Shown: positions 30,701-38,400 of the stretch, piece after piece
Numbering within the stretch: position 1 is the first letter of the stretch
Layout of the letters: each line of letters begins with the position of its first letter
IMG/VR virus record: IMGVR_UViG_3300023174_000096
Location: 41,517-105,516 of that record
DNA: 64,000 bases
From: a virus
Reading direction: 5' to 3' (one strand)
Notes under the pieces: generated by a model
The model's database searches: none
What the model saw: only the letters and a program-made list of their open reading frames with translations
What the model was told of the DNA's origin: nothing
Made by a program: the position numbers and the translations under genes

Positions 30701-31131
30701 TACCCGACGATGCGGCTATCAGTGAGCCCCTCGACCGTCACCTTCACCGAGCCGTCGAGGCGCTCGATGGTCACGCCCGTGGGAGGGAGGAACACGTCGG
30801 CCTCCTCCGGGGGGAGGAGACGGACCACCACCGTCGCCGGGACGCTGCGCCCGCCCGCGAGGTTGACCGCCCGGACTTGGATCGTGTTGTCGCCCGAGAA
30901 GAGTTCCAGCCCGGTGGGGTACGCGCTGGGGTTCGGGACGGTGAACCCCGTGCCCACGAAGGCCACGAGCGTCGGGTCAGCCGTGAAGGGTTGCCCGAAG
31001 AGAGACACCTCCACGTCCACGGTGTCGTCGGGGAGGGTGCCCGTGAAGAACCGGGTGGTCTGCGTGGTCGAGAACGTGGAGGTCTCCCGCAACACGTTGT
31101 CGGGACCAAGGAACTGCACAGAGGTCGCCAT
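27760..31131 (-). CDS. baseplate J-like wedge protein
   Basis: PGSVVRDIF, DKIAANFGVIRR, IPLGT, GGANEETN, GGKVDVW, SDVIAEIDGTAGVSYV. Confidence 0.85.
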   Translation of the reverse strand: MATSVQFLGPDNVLRETSTFSTTQTTRFFTGTLPDDTVDVEVSLFGQPFTADPTLVAFVGTGFTVPNPSAYPTGLELFSGDNTIQVRAVNLAGGRSVPATVVVRLLPPEEADVFLPPTGVTIERLDGSVKVTVEGLTDSRIVGYNFYAATTQGGGADGYRIINVNRVTTGTPVQNSTELYALTADAVAQTATPLYYRAKIDQENSSEVVLSTDVDSRVELPSDITTIRTNVSVSSVTTINYFSFTHVRTANALSNPATVFSGVFASTPSTDLLYYVATAIYYDPVIKVEYESYFSSEVAGAPAQVRQQINGLTAVTRQQMLESAIATIYRQNPDIAVQPGSVVRDIFLDPFTTEAERLRLLLDYVYRASSFDTLLLVDDPTGSGVSNPPASSAYKTALAAAFFYSNVDDVQSVIDGSFDKIAANFGVIRRAGTPAVGEVRFFTLSPPTRTITIPLGTVILGGGVQFRTSRSAVMDVALLASYYNPSTREYSVTVPVRALTVGTVTNVGPRQLTGSNVYGMAVTNDAATFGGANEETNAQLAARARTALASVDTGTTQGMAQVAAGVPGTIQNVVVRAGDPLMQRDYDTTLKRHLGGKVDVWARGVRTVTVNDIFAFTYERRNDVQFVVIGSPLNYVFRVVSEEVTPDNPLAQMLDYPTYGLGLKNVTTGETFDLTNVTYLNFNTIQLDITIPQPPVTLTDIVLGDFRFRLGNRHVFTRQPVSGILNVTGEVIGPVDISLYTLVRPNSPLGLGYSTRAGDYLQINQSADPTVVSPSGNLIPVVDEPHVVTGFYTEFLYNLGAETLSIVVKNQSGTVTYKGPYDPSGSPDYTIIEGSSTVAAGIRRTEGSAIADGDTVTISYSYYENFVVAYQTNLVTSVLQQDLDDMAHATSDVLAKQAVQIPVDITATVILKRGFDRTNVDIAIRNNLQYLIGTLKLGDPMRRSDVIAEIDGTAGVSYVVVPLTKMVRQAGYQIVRNDLSTATFGDSFRVNAWSNGQYAVWLILQELDAPTLTGGGPPNEFRGVFQDDAELTLQVTAPQNLGMRPNQAYIIGADGQVIPGYGTGTGSVRNRVLVSLPVGDAPSNHTYWCTYITATDLGDKDIDPNSMEYLVLGDVTFTYDNDR

Positions 31132-32231
31132 CAGTAGTTCCCCAAGGACAGGCGGTTGGTTCCCGGCAGCGCGAACGTACCGGGGGCCGAGTACACGATG
31201 GAAATGGTCACGGGTTCAGACGAGTAGTTCCGCACGTCTACCTCGATGAGGAAGGTCGTGGGGTCGTTGGGGGACGGGGCCACGGCGATGTTGTCCACGG
31301 AGAAGAGCCTCTCCTTGGCCGTGACCCGCTGGTACTTGGACTGCGCGTTCTGGAGGTTCTGGAGGTTCGTGAGGGCTTGGCTCACCGACTGACGGATGCC
31401 AATCGCCGTGCCCCCCAGCACCTTGCTCCCGATACGCGAGACGAGGTCAGACCCATACCAAGTGTGGTAGATGTTCGACCCGAGCTCCGTCAGGATCATC
31501 TTGAGGCACATCTGGTAGAGCAGGTTCTCGTCCTGCACCACCAGCGCCTCGCCCTGTGGGTCGAAGCGGTAGTCGTTCTCGACCTCCGTCGCCCTGCAAC
31601 GGAGGCACAGGTACGGGGCCACAGGATACGTCACCGTGAAGAACGCTTCCTGCTTGACGACGGAGTCGAACCCGATGTAGTAACCGAGAGAATCCACGGC
31701 GTCTTCGGGGTTGACCGCCGTGCGAGAGTAGAGCCTCCACGGGGGGATCACCGTTTTGCCACGGTCGCCGCTCTGCTGGTCGAAGCCCAAAGGCTCCAGC
31801 GCCGAGCCCGTGAGTTGAATCCTCGACGTGGGGCCGGGAGTCGCTGTGTCCGTCAGGGTGATGTACCCGTTGGGGGAGGACACCACCACGAGCCCCCTCA
31901 CTGCTGCGGTGAGGGTGGCAGACACCTGCGCCGCCGACAGGTAGCCCGACGAGAAGTTCACCGTCGCCGCGCCCGCCCCCGTGGTGAGCACCAGCGTGCG
32001 GGTAGCCGTCGTGATCTTGTAGGGCTCGCGGCGGTAGGACCGCATCGTCGCCGGGGTCACCAGCCCCGTGAAGGGGGAGACAATGGCGTCGTCGTTGACG
32101 CGGACTTGCACCAGCGTCGGTCCAGAGATGGGCTTGGCCGTGTACAGCGTGCGTCGGTCGGTGCCGAGAGAGACCCTCTCCTCACCGATGACGTGGCTAC
32201 AAGTGAAGGCAAGCTGTACGTCGCGCGACAT
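31131..32231 (-). CDS. baseplate wedge protein, gp25/GpW-like C-terminal domain
   Basis: LYQMCLKMILTELGSNIYHTWYGS, located upstream of baseplate J. Confidence 0.75.
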   Translation of the reverse strand: MSRDVQLAFTCSHVIGEERVSLGTDRRTLYTAKPISGPTLVQVRVNDDAIVSPFTGLVTPATMRSYRREPYKITTATRTLVLTTGAGAATVNFSSGYLSAAQVSATLTAAVRGLVVVSSPNGYITLTDTATPGPTSRIQLTGSALEPLGFDQQSGDRGKTVIPPWRLYSRTAVNPEDAVDSLGYYIGFDSVVKQEAFFTVTYPVAPYLCLRCRATEVENDYRFDPQGEALVVQDENLLYQMCLKMILTELGSNIYHTWYGSDLVSRIGSKVLGGTAIGIRQSVSQALTNLQNLQNAQSKYQRVTAKERLFSVDNIAVAPSPNDPTTFLIEVDVRNYSSEPVTISIVYSAPGTFALPGTNRLSLGNY

Positions 32232-32267
32232 GGTTCACCGTGTGGTCGCGATAGCGGGGAAACCGCT

Positions 32268-33164
32268 TCAACCAATGGCCGTCCACGCCTCCTCGCCGTT
32301 GGGGGCGTCGTCGAGGAGCATGGGCTGCGCCGGGTTCGGACCCGTCTGGCGCGGGCGACTGAAGTCCCGCGACCCGTCGTTCAAGGTGTCCGGGTAGAAC
32401 GCCGTGTCGATCTGGTCCACGATGGCCGAGACGTTGTGCGTGATCGCGTACTCGCCGTTGTCCGTCCACTGCAACCCCGGCACAGCCCCTCCCACGGCTT
32501 GGGGGAGGAGCTCGTCGCGCTCGATGGTGAGTTGCTCGCGGAGGTCGCAGAGCTTGATGATCCGGGCCTCCAAGTCGTTCCGCAGCGTTCGGATTTCTTG
32601 GGTGACCCACCCGCGCATGGCGTGGACCGTCCGGGTCATGTCCGCCGACTGCTGGGTGTAGCTCACGGCGTTGCCAAATCTCCGTGGGGGGTACCGCCAC
32701 AGGGGGAGCCACCCGCCGATGTAGATGCCGCCCGTCATGGGGTCCGTGCTCCCGGCGCTCGCGATGCCACCGTAAGGCTGCGTCTCTTGGACGTTGCTGG
32801 CCGGGGTCGCCTGTGGGTTGTCGAGGTCCGTCTGCGACTGCTCCGTCGCGTCCTCGACCACCTGCACCGCGTTGGGCGTCAGGAACATGGAGATGTCGAA
32901 GGGGTTACCCCCCATCGCGATGTACGCGCGGAGGAGCTTCTCGATGCTGGTGTTGGGGGTGACATCCAGCCCGATGCGGCGCTCCGTCATCGCGTTGGGA
33001 TTGCTGGCGTTTCGCTCGTAGAGGATGCGGATTTCTCCAATGCGGGCGAGCTCCGCGTTGATCGTCGTGACCCGCGCCATCACGTCCTGACGCTGGTTGA
33101 GGATGAAGCGTCGGAACTCACGATAGGCCCCGGCTCGGAAAAATCCTGTCCATCCGAAACTCAT
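32268..33164 (-). CDS. probable virion structural protein
   Basis: 298 aa with GGAGG RBS, at the head of the baseplate block; coiled-coil segments. Confidence 0.55.
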   Translation of the reverse strand: MSFGWTGFFRAGAYREFRRFILNQRQDVMARVTTINAELARIGEIRILYERNASNPNAMTERRIGLDVTPNTSIEKLLRAYIAMGGNPFDISMFLTPNAVQVVEDATEQSQTDLDNPQATPASNVQETQPYGGIASAGSTDPMTGGIYIGGWLPLWRYPPRRFGNAVSYTQQSADMTRTVHAMRGWVTQEIRTLRNDLEARIIKLCDLREQLTIERDELLPQAVGGAVPGLQWTDNGEYAITHNVSAIVDQIDTAFYPDTLNDGSRDFSRPRQTGPNPAQPMLLDDAPNGEEAWTAIG

Positions 33165-33295
33165 GGCCTAACCTCCGAAGTTGTTGATGTTTTCTCACGA
33201 CGAAGACGATGAGCCTCGATTGCAGACGGGCGCATCTTCTCCTTGGTTTCAGGAGTGTTCGTTCGACGGGGACGTGCCTGTGCTGCTTTTCGCAT
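33161..33295 (-). CDS. 44-aa basic ORF with NUMOD3-like motif (possible endonuclease remnant; not in ORF track)
   Basis: MRKAAQARPRRTNTPETKEKMRPSAIEAHRLRREK... ATGA overlap with the next gene; late motif upstream. Confidence 0.4.
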   Translation of the reverse strand: MRKAAQARPRRTNTPETKEKMRPSAIEAHRLRREKTSTTSEVRP

Positions 33296-33302
33296 TCGTT
33301 CC

Positions 33303-33596
33303 CTACTCTAGCGGGGGGATAGACGAACTGAAGGCTCGCTCCCGGTCGAGCATCTGCACGATGGCCCGAGCTCGCGCCCGCCGGAAGTTCACCACCTCAC
33401 CGAAGAGGTAGAGGGCGAAGGCCGCTCCCAAGGTGTACACCCCGTAGACGGCCTTGTCGGGCTCGTGAGCGACGGGGGCAACGAGCGCCACGGTTGCTCC
33501 GATCATGGCCAAGAAAAAGGCAGGGACGCCCAAGTAGCTGCGTCCGAGGTTGGCACGGGTGCGGAGGTTTAGCTCCTCTTTGTCCGTCAGGTCCAT
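33303..33596 (-). CDS. two-TM membrane protein
   Basis: Two hydrophobic helices (VPAFFLAMIGATVALVA; VYGVYTLGAAFALYLF). Confidence 0.6.
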   Translation of the reverse strand: MDLTDKEELNLRTRANLGRSYLGVPAFFLAMIGATVALVAPVAHEPDKAVYGVYTLGAAFALYLFGEVVNFRRARARAIVQMLDRERAFSSSIPPLE

Positions 33597-33659
33597 CTCA
33601 TCACCCTACGCGAGCGTAATCGGTTACAGGAGCACCCTTGGCTCCGTTGAGGTTTTACG

Positions 33660-34103
33660 ATGGCCACCATCATCCCGACAGAGGGGGAGCTCCTTGAGGT
33701 CCCCGCCCCCGGCAACTCCACGGAGGCCCAGACCGTTCTGGGCGCGCTTGGGGTCGTTGCACACGGAGCCCCGGATGGCTCATCGTGGTGGGTTCTCGAC
33801 CCCCCTCTCGTGGGCGACACGGCCCCCAACCACCGGGCCACCCGGTTCTACGCCAACCGTGTGGGGGGTACAGCGCCACGGACACTGTACGGCAAGGTGC
33901 TGTACATGAGCGCCGACGAGACCAAGGCCCTCAACGGCGCGAAGCCCGCTGAGGAGATGGTGCCGATCCGTGGGCGCACCTACGAGGTGCGGGGCCTCCT
34001 CAAGGCGATTGGTGCCCGGTGGTTCGCCGCCGAGAAGGTCTGGAAGATCGCCAAGGCCAACCTCGCGGAGGCCGAAGAGATCGTGAGGCGCGGGTGCGGG
34101 TGA
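33660..34103 (+). CDS. hypothetical protein
   Basis: 147 aa; C-terminal TYEVRGLLKAIGARW..KVW is a motif common in phage proteins. Confidence 0.6.
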   Translation: MATIIPTEGELLEVPAPGNSTEAQTVLGALGVVAHGAPDGSSWWVLDPPLVGDTAPNHRATRFYANRVGGTAPRTLYGKVLYMSADETKALNGAKPAEEMVPIRGRTYEVRGLLKAIGARWFAAEKVWKIAKANLAEAEEIVRRGCG

Positions 34104-34242
34104 AGAGGAAGCCCAAGGGGCCTCCCCGGTGTGCCCTCAAGGGCTGCGTGGGGTGGGGCGGCACTTGCGTGTGCCCACGCATCTCGTGGGCTCCCACAGA
34201 GAAATCCACGGGGGTCGGCGTCAGGGCTTGGCTGGGCTTCCG

Positions 34243-34401
34243 TCAGTCGCGTCGGAAGTAGTCGTAGAGCACCCTGCCCATGTCCCGGTCACAGAGGTAG
34301 CAACGGATGCCCTTGGGAGTGATCCGCAGCCACTTGTGCTCGCAGGGGTCTTCGACGAGGGATTCCCAGCGATCCTCTTGGTCAGGCTCCTCGTCCTGCA
34401 T
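34243..34401 (-). CDS. 52-aa zinc-ribbon-like protein (not in ORF track)
   Basis: MQDEEPDQEDRWESLVEDPCEHKW..RCYLCDRD; CTAT motif 14 nt upstream. Confidence 0.5.
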   Translation of the reverse strand: MQDEEPDQEDRWESLVEDPCEHKWLRITPKGIRCYLCDRDMGRVLYDYFRRD

Positions 34402-34468
34402 ACCCTACGGGGACGATAGACGCTCTGTAACCGTCTTCACGAGGGGGTAGCATCGCAGAGGAGAACCG

Positions 34469-35020
34469 ATGACTTTGACCGTGATTTGCGGACCCATGTT
34501 CGCAGAGAAGTCCACCACCCTCTACCGCTACGTCTCACGCGCCCTGCGCTCCAAAAAGCGCGTGGATGTGGTCGTGCCCACGGTGGACACCCGCAGCAAG
34601 GGACAAGTCGTCACCCACTCCGGGCTCACCCTTGAATCGCTGGGAGTGACGCCGAGAACGGTGGCCACGTCGTCGGACCTGTACCGGGCGATGCCCACGC
34701 CCGCGCCCGACCTGATGGTGATCGAAGAAGCCCAGTTCTTCGACATCGACCTCCCGCTGTGGGTCGGGAAGCTCGTCGAGCGGGGTGTTCACGTCGTCGC
34801 GGCGGGGCTCGACCTCACCAGCGAGGGCGGACCCTTCGGCCCGATGGGGCACCTGATGTGCCTCGCGGACCGGGTCGAGAAGCTCACGGCGATCTGCGCG
34901 TGCGGTGCGGAGGCGACCCGGACGATGTGCAGGGTGCGGAAGGACGGCGCGGTGCTGGTGGGCGGTGGCGGTGAGTACGTCCCGGCGTGCCTACCGTGCT
35001 GGATGAAGCGCCCGCGCTAG
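34469..35020 (+). CDS. tdk: thymidine kinase
   Basis: GPMFAEKST, EEAQFF, AGLD, KLTAICACG, VGGGGEYVPACLPC. Confidence 0.9.
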   Translation: MTLTVICGPMFAEKSTTLYRYVSRALRSKKRVDVVVPTVDTRSKGQVVTHSGLTLESLGVTPRTVATSSDLYRAMPTPAPDLMVIEEAQFFDIDLPLWVGKLVERGVHVVAAGLDLTSEGGPFGPMGHLMCLADRVEKLTAICACGAEATRTMCRVRKDGAVLVGGGGEYVPACLPCWMKRPR

Positions 35021-35023
35021 TCG

Positions 35024-35398
35024 TTAGCGGGCGAGTTTCGTCAGAGCCTCAAAGGCTTCTTGCATCGGACGGCTCTGCGAGCGACGGCAGTCCATCAGGC
35101 TGTGTTGGACCTTGTCAAGGATCTTGACCAAGAAGTCATGACCCTGCCCGGGGTTCTGTTCGGCCCCGTCGAGGACGTGGGCGAACGCAAGGCGCGCGTT
35201 TTCTTCAGCCATCCGCAGGTAGGCGATGGCGTCGTTCATGGCTTCCTTCGCCGCCCCGTAATCCGACTTGCTCGAATCGACCGACTCGAAGACCATCGGT
35301 CCCGCCGTCTTGGTGAGGAGGGGCATGAGGTGCGAACGGAGCTCCGGGTTGGTGTGAGCCAGCCGGATGATCTTGGAACGGAGTGCTTGATCGCTCAT
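35024..35398 (-). CDS. leader-bearing helical protein (copy 4)
   Basis: MSDQALRSKIIRLAHTNPELRSHLMPLLTKTAG. Confidence 0.7.
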   Translation of the reverse strand: MSDQALRSKIIRLAHTNPELRSHLMPLLTKTAGPMVFESVDSSKSDYGAAKEAMNDAIAYLRMAEENARLAFAHVLDGAEQNPGQGHDFLVKILDKVQHSLMDCRRSQSRPMQEAFEALTKLAR

Positions 35399-35439
35399 TG
35401 GGATGGAACCTTTTCTTACGGGGTGTGGTGAACAGTCGG

Positions 35440-38400
35440 TCAAACGAGGCCCGACCAGCCCTTGAGGGAGGCGAGGATCTTCTTGGCGGCGGACGCCCCC
35501 TCCGTGACCTTCACGGGCTTGGTGGGGGACTCTTCGTTCGTGCGGTCGATCACCGTGAGGTAGACACTGGTGTCACCGAGGGTGCATTGGGACAGCAAGA
35601 ACTGCTGGTACTCGGGAGCCCCCTGCGCGTTGTCCTTGGGCTGGGGGTAGACGGTGAGGTACACGCTGAAGGCCATCCCGTCCACGGTGCGGTCGCCCAC
35701 CTTGCAGGGGACGAAGTGCGGGTGGACGGTGATCGACAGGGAGTTGGGGAAGCGCATCCCCGCCCGCACCTCGTCCACCGCCGCGCTGGAGATCAGTCGG
35801 AGATCCTTGGGCATGATCTTCTGCGAGAGGGCCGAGAGAACCTCCCGCGCCTGTGCCCGGAACGCCTCAAACCGCTCGTAGAGCATCTGGGCATCCCGAA
35901 GCGCCGCGCTGATGGTGGCGTCACTTGGGTGCTCGGTGAGGTAGGTGCGGCAGTGGGCGATCACCCGCTCGGCGTGTCGCATCCCATGCTCAGACTTGGC
36001 GAACACCTCCGTCTGCGAGTGCAGGGTGAGCGCCGCGATGCGCCCCACCACGGGCATGGGCACCGTCTCCGCGTAGGTGTCCAGCACCGCTTGGATGTCC
36101 GACGCCAGTGCCTCCAGCGTCTCCAGTTCGCCCGTGATCGTGGCCACGGGGTCGATGGCATCGAGGTGCTGGGACACGACACGGCGAACAGATGCACTTC
36201 TCACGGGTACCTCACAGACAGTCGGAGGGGGGTCTTGGCGACCCTTCCAGAACACGGTGACGATCTCGATGCGCCCTGCGTCGGTGGCGAACACCACTTT
36301 CAGCCGGGTCTTGGGGTCCACCCACTCAATCTTCTCTTGGGAGAGCAGGGCTTCGTACTGGTCGGGGTTCACCTTCTGGAGCCCCTGCGCGTAGACGATG
36401 AACGAGTTCAGCGCAGCCTCCACGTCCTTGACCGTCACGGATCGGTAGTCCATGCGGAACTGGGCGTGGGGGAGGATGGTGAAGCTCTTGAAGCCCGACC
36501 CGCTCTCAGTGGTCAGCGGGTAGACCTTCCGGGCGTCCGGGTTGGACAGATCACCCGTCTCGGCGTCGTCGGTGAGCTTCTCCCGCAGAGCGGGGTTGCG
36601 GATCGCGCGGTTGATCCGGTCCACCACCTTGCACGGGCCACCGTTGAGCCCCAGCGGTGGTGACAGGTCGGCGGTCTTCTTGGCCTTCTCGTCGGCGGCT
36701 TCCATCTGACCCTTCACCTTCTCGGCCCACGCTCGTCCGGGGTCACCACCCCAGATCAGCCACGACACGTTGCCCTTGTCGTTCCACGGCTCACCCTTGT
36801 TCTCCGGGGCGACGCCCTTGTTCTTCTCGTGGCGCGAGAAGAACGCGGTCATCTGCTTGATGGTGTCGGGCGAGATGTTGTCCCGGTTCTTGAGGTTCAC
36901 CGCCCGCTGCACGCCGCTCCCGATGCCCTGCTCGGCAGCTTCCGCCGGGGTGAGCCCGCCCTTGTTCGACGGGCTGGCTTTCTCACGGTACTCCAAGCCC
37001 TTTTCCGCTGCGTCGGCCACCGACTGCGGGGGCTTGAAGTCGATGTGCTCGTACTTCTTGGGCACGTCGGCGGTTCGGGTGCGGCGGTGGTTCATGGTCA
37101 CGTCTTGATGATGAAGTTCACGGCGAGCCACGGCTGCATATTGGCGTGCGCGCTGCCACCGCCCGTCGAACCCGTGGTGAACGTGTGCGTGTAGACGAGC
37201 GAACCGTTGGGCGACACGGACGGGGGATGCGCGGAGCCTCTCTCGCACGCGGTCGTTGAGTTTCACGTCTTGGTCGGCCAAGTTCGGGTCCGACAGGAGG
37301 AACTCGCGAGCAATGGGGACAAGGCTCGCGCGAGCCCTGCCCGTCAACGAGAACTCTTGAATGAGCGCCATGTTGTCCACTGCGGGTTTCCGCAGGGCTT
37401 CAAGGTACTTCCTTGCCTCGTCACTGGACCATCCGCTGGTGTTCTGCTTGAACTGCTCGCGCTCGTTCGGCGTCAAAAAGTCCAGCACCCTCCCCGCGAT
37501 CCCGATGTCGGCAAGCTCCAACAAGAGCTCGACCGTATGGTTGCCGTTCGCCAGTTGCTTGGTGAGGTATGCCGCGAACGGGGGGTTCTCTTGCACCATC
37601 TCGACGATCACGTCGAGTAGGCCAAGGGAACGCATCACTTTGAGGCCCATCGTCGCCTTGGGTGACTTGAGGATGTCCCCGACGAGGATGTTCCCGACAG
37701 CTTCCCACGGCATATTCTTGAGCTTCGCGGCGTTGCGCCTCACAGAGGCCATAGCATCGGGCGAGATGGTCAAGTCATACCGCAGCAAGAACTTCAAGAC
37801 CCGGAGCATCCGAGTCGGGTCGTCGCTGAAGGTCTTGTCGGGGTCCACGGGCGTCGAGATGAGCTTCTGCTCAAGGTGCTGACGACCCAGCCCCGTGAGG
37901 TCAATCACTTCGGCCTTGTCAGGGCCGTTGGCGAGGTCATGCATCCGCCACAGCAGGGTGTTGAACGTGAACTCTCGGCGGAACACATCCTCTTCAATGG
38001 TCGCGGGGGACACGTCCGTGGGCTTGTATCCCTTGCCTTTGCCCCCCGCACCCTCGTAGGACTCCTTGCGGGCGTTGGCGATCTCGATCACCTCGCCCTT
38101 CAGGTTGATCCCGTCGAGCAGCCACTCCCCCTTCACGGTGAGGATCACCACCCCGTACTGGTTGGTCGCGAGGTTCGTCGGGACAGGGATGGCGTCCACC
38201 ACCTTTCGGGCGAACCACTCTGAATCCCGGCCCGCCGACACGGAGTCCACCACCACGTCGATGTCCTTGATGGGCACACCGAGGATGAAGTTCCGCACGG
38301 CACCGCCGACGACGTAGACGTGTCGGGCGACGCCAGCGTCACGGGCCACCTCAGACAGAAAACTCATCAACGCGATGGACTTGGCGTGTGCCGAGGATGC

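Noticed and set aside
11733-32231. Extracellular contractile injection system or T6SS interpretation of the baseplate block
   Set aside because: The block is interleaved with phage replication and nucleotide genes, and there are no host housekeeping genes. A large phage is the simpler reading.
22277-33212. Long plus-strand ORFs (556, 771, 812 and 611 aa) opposite the baseplate genes
   Set aside because: Antisense shadow ORFs of GC3-rich genes. They are Arg/His/Gly-rich with no recognisable motifs.
34100-34261. Possible 53-aa Cys-rich plus-strand ORF after 34103
   Set aside because: A coupled GTG start exists, but there is no other support and it overlaps the convergent small gene. Left uncalled.
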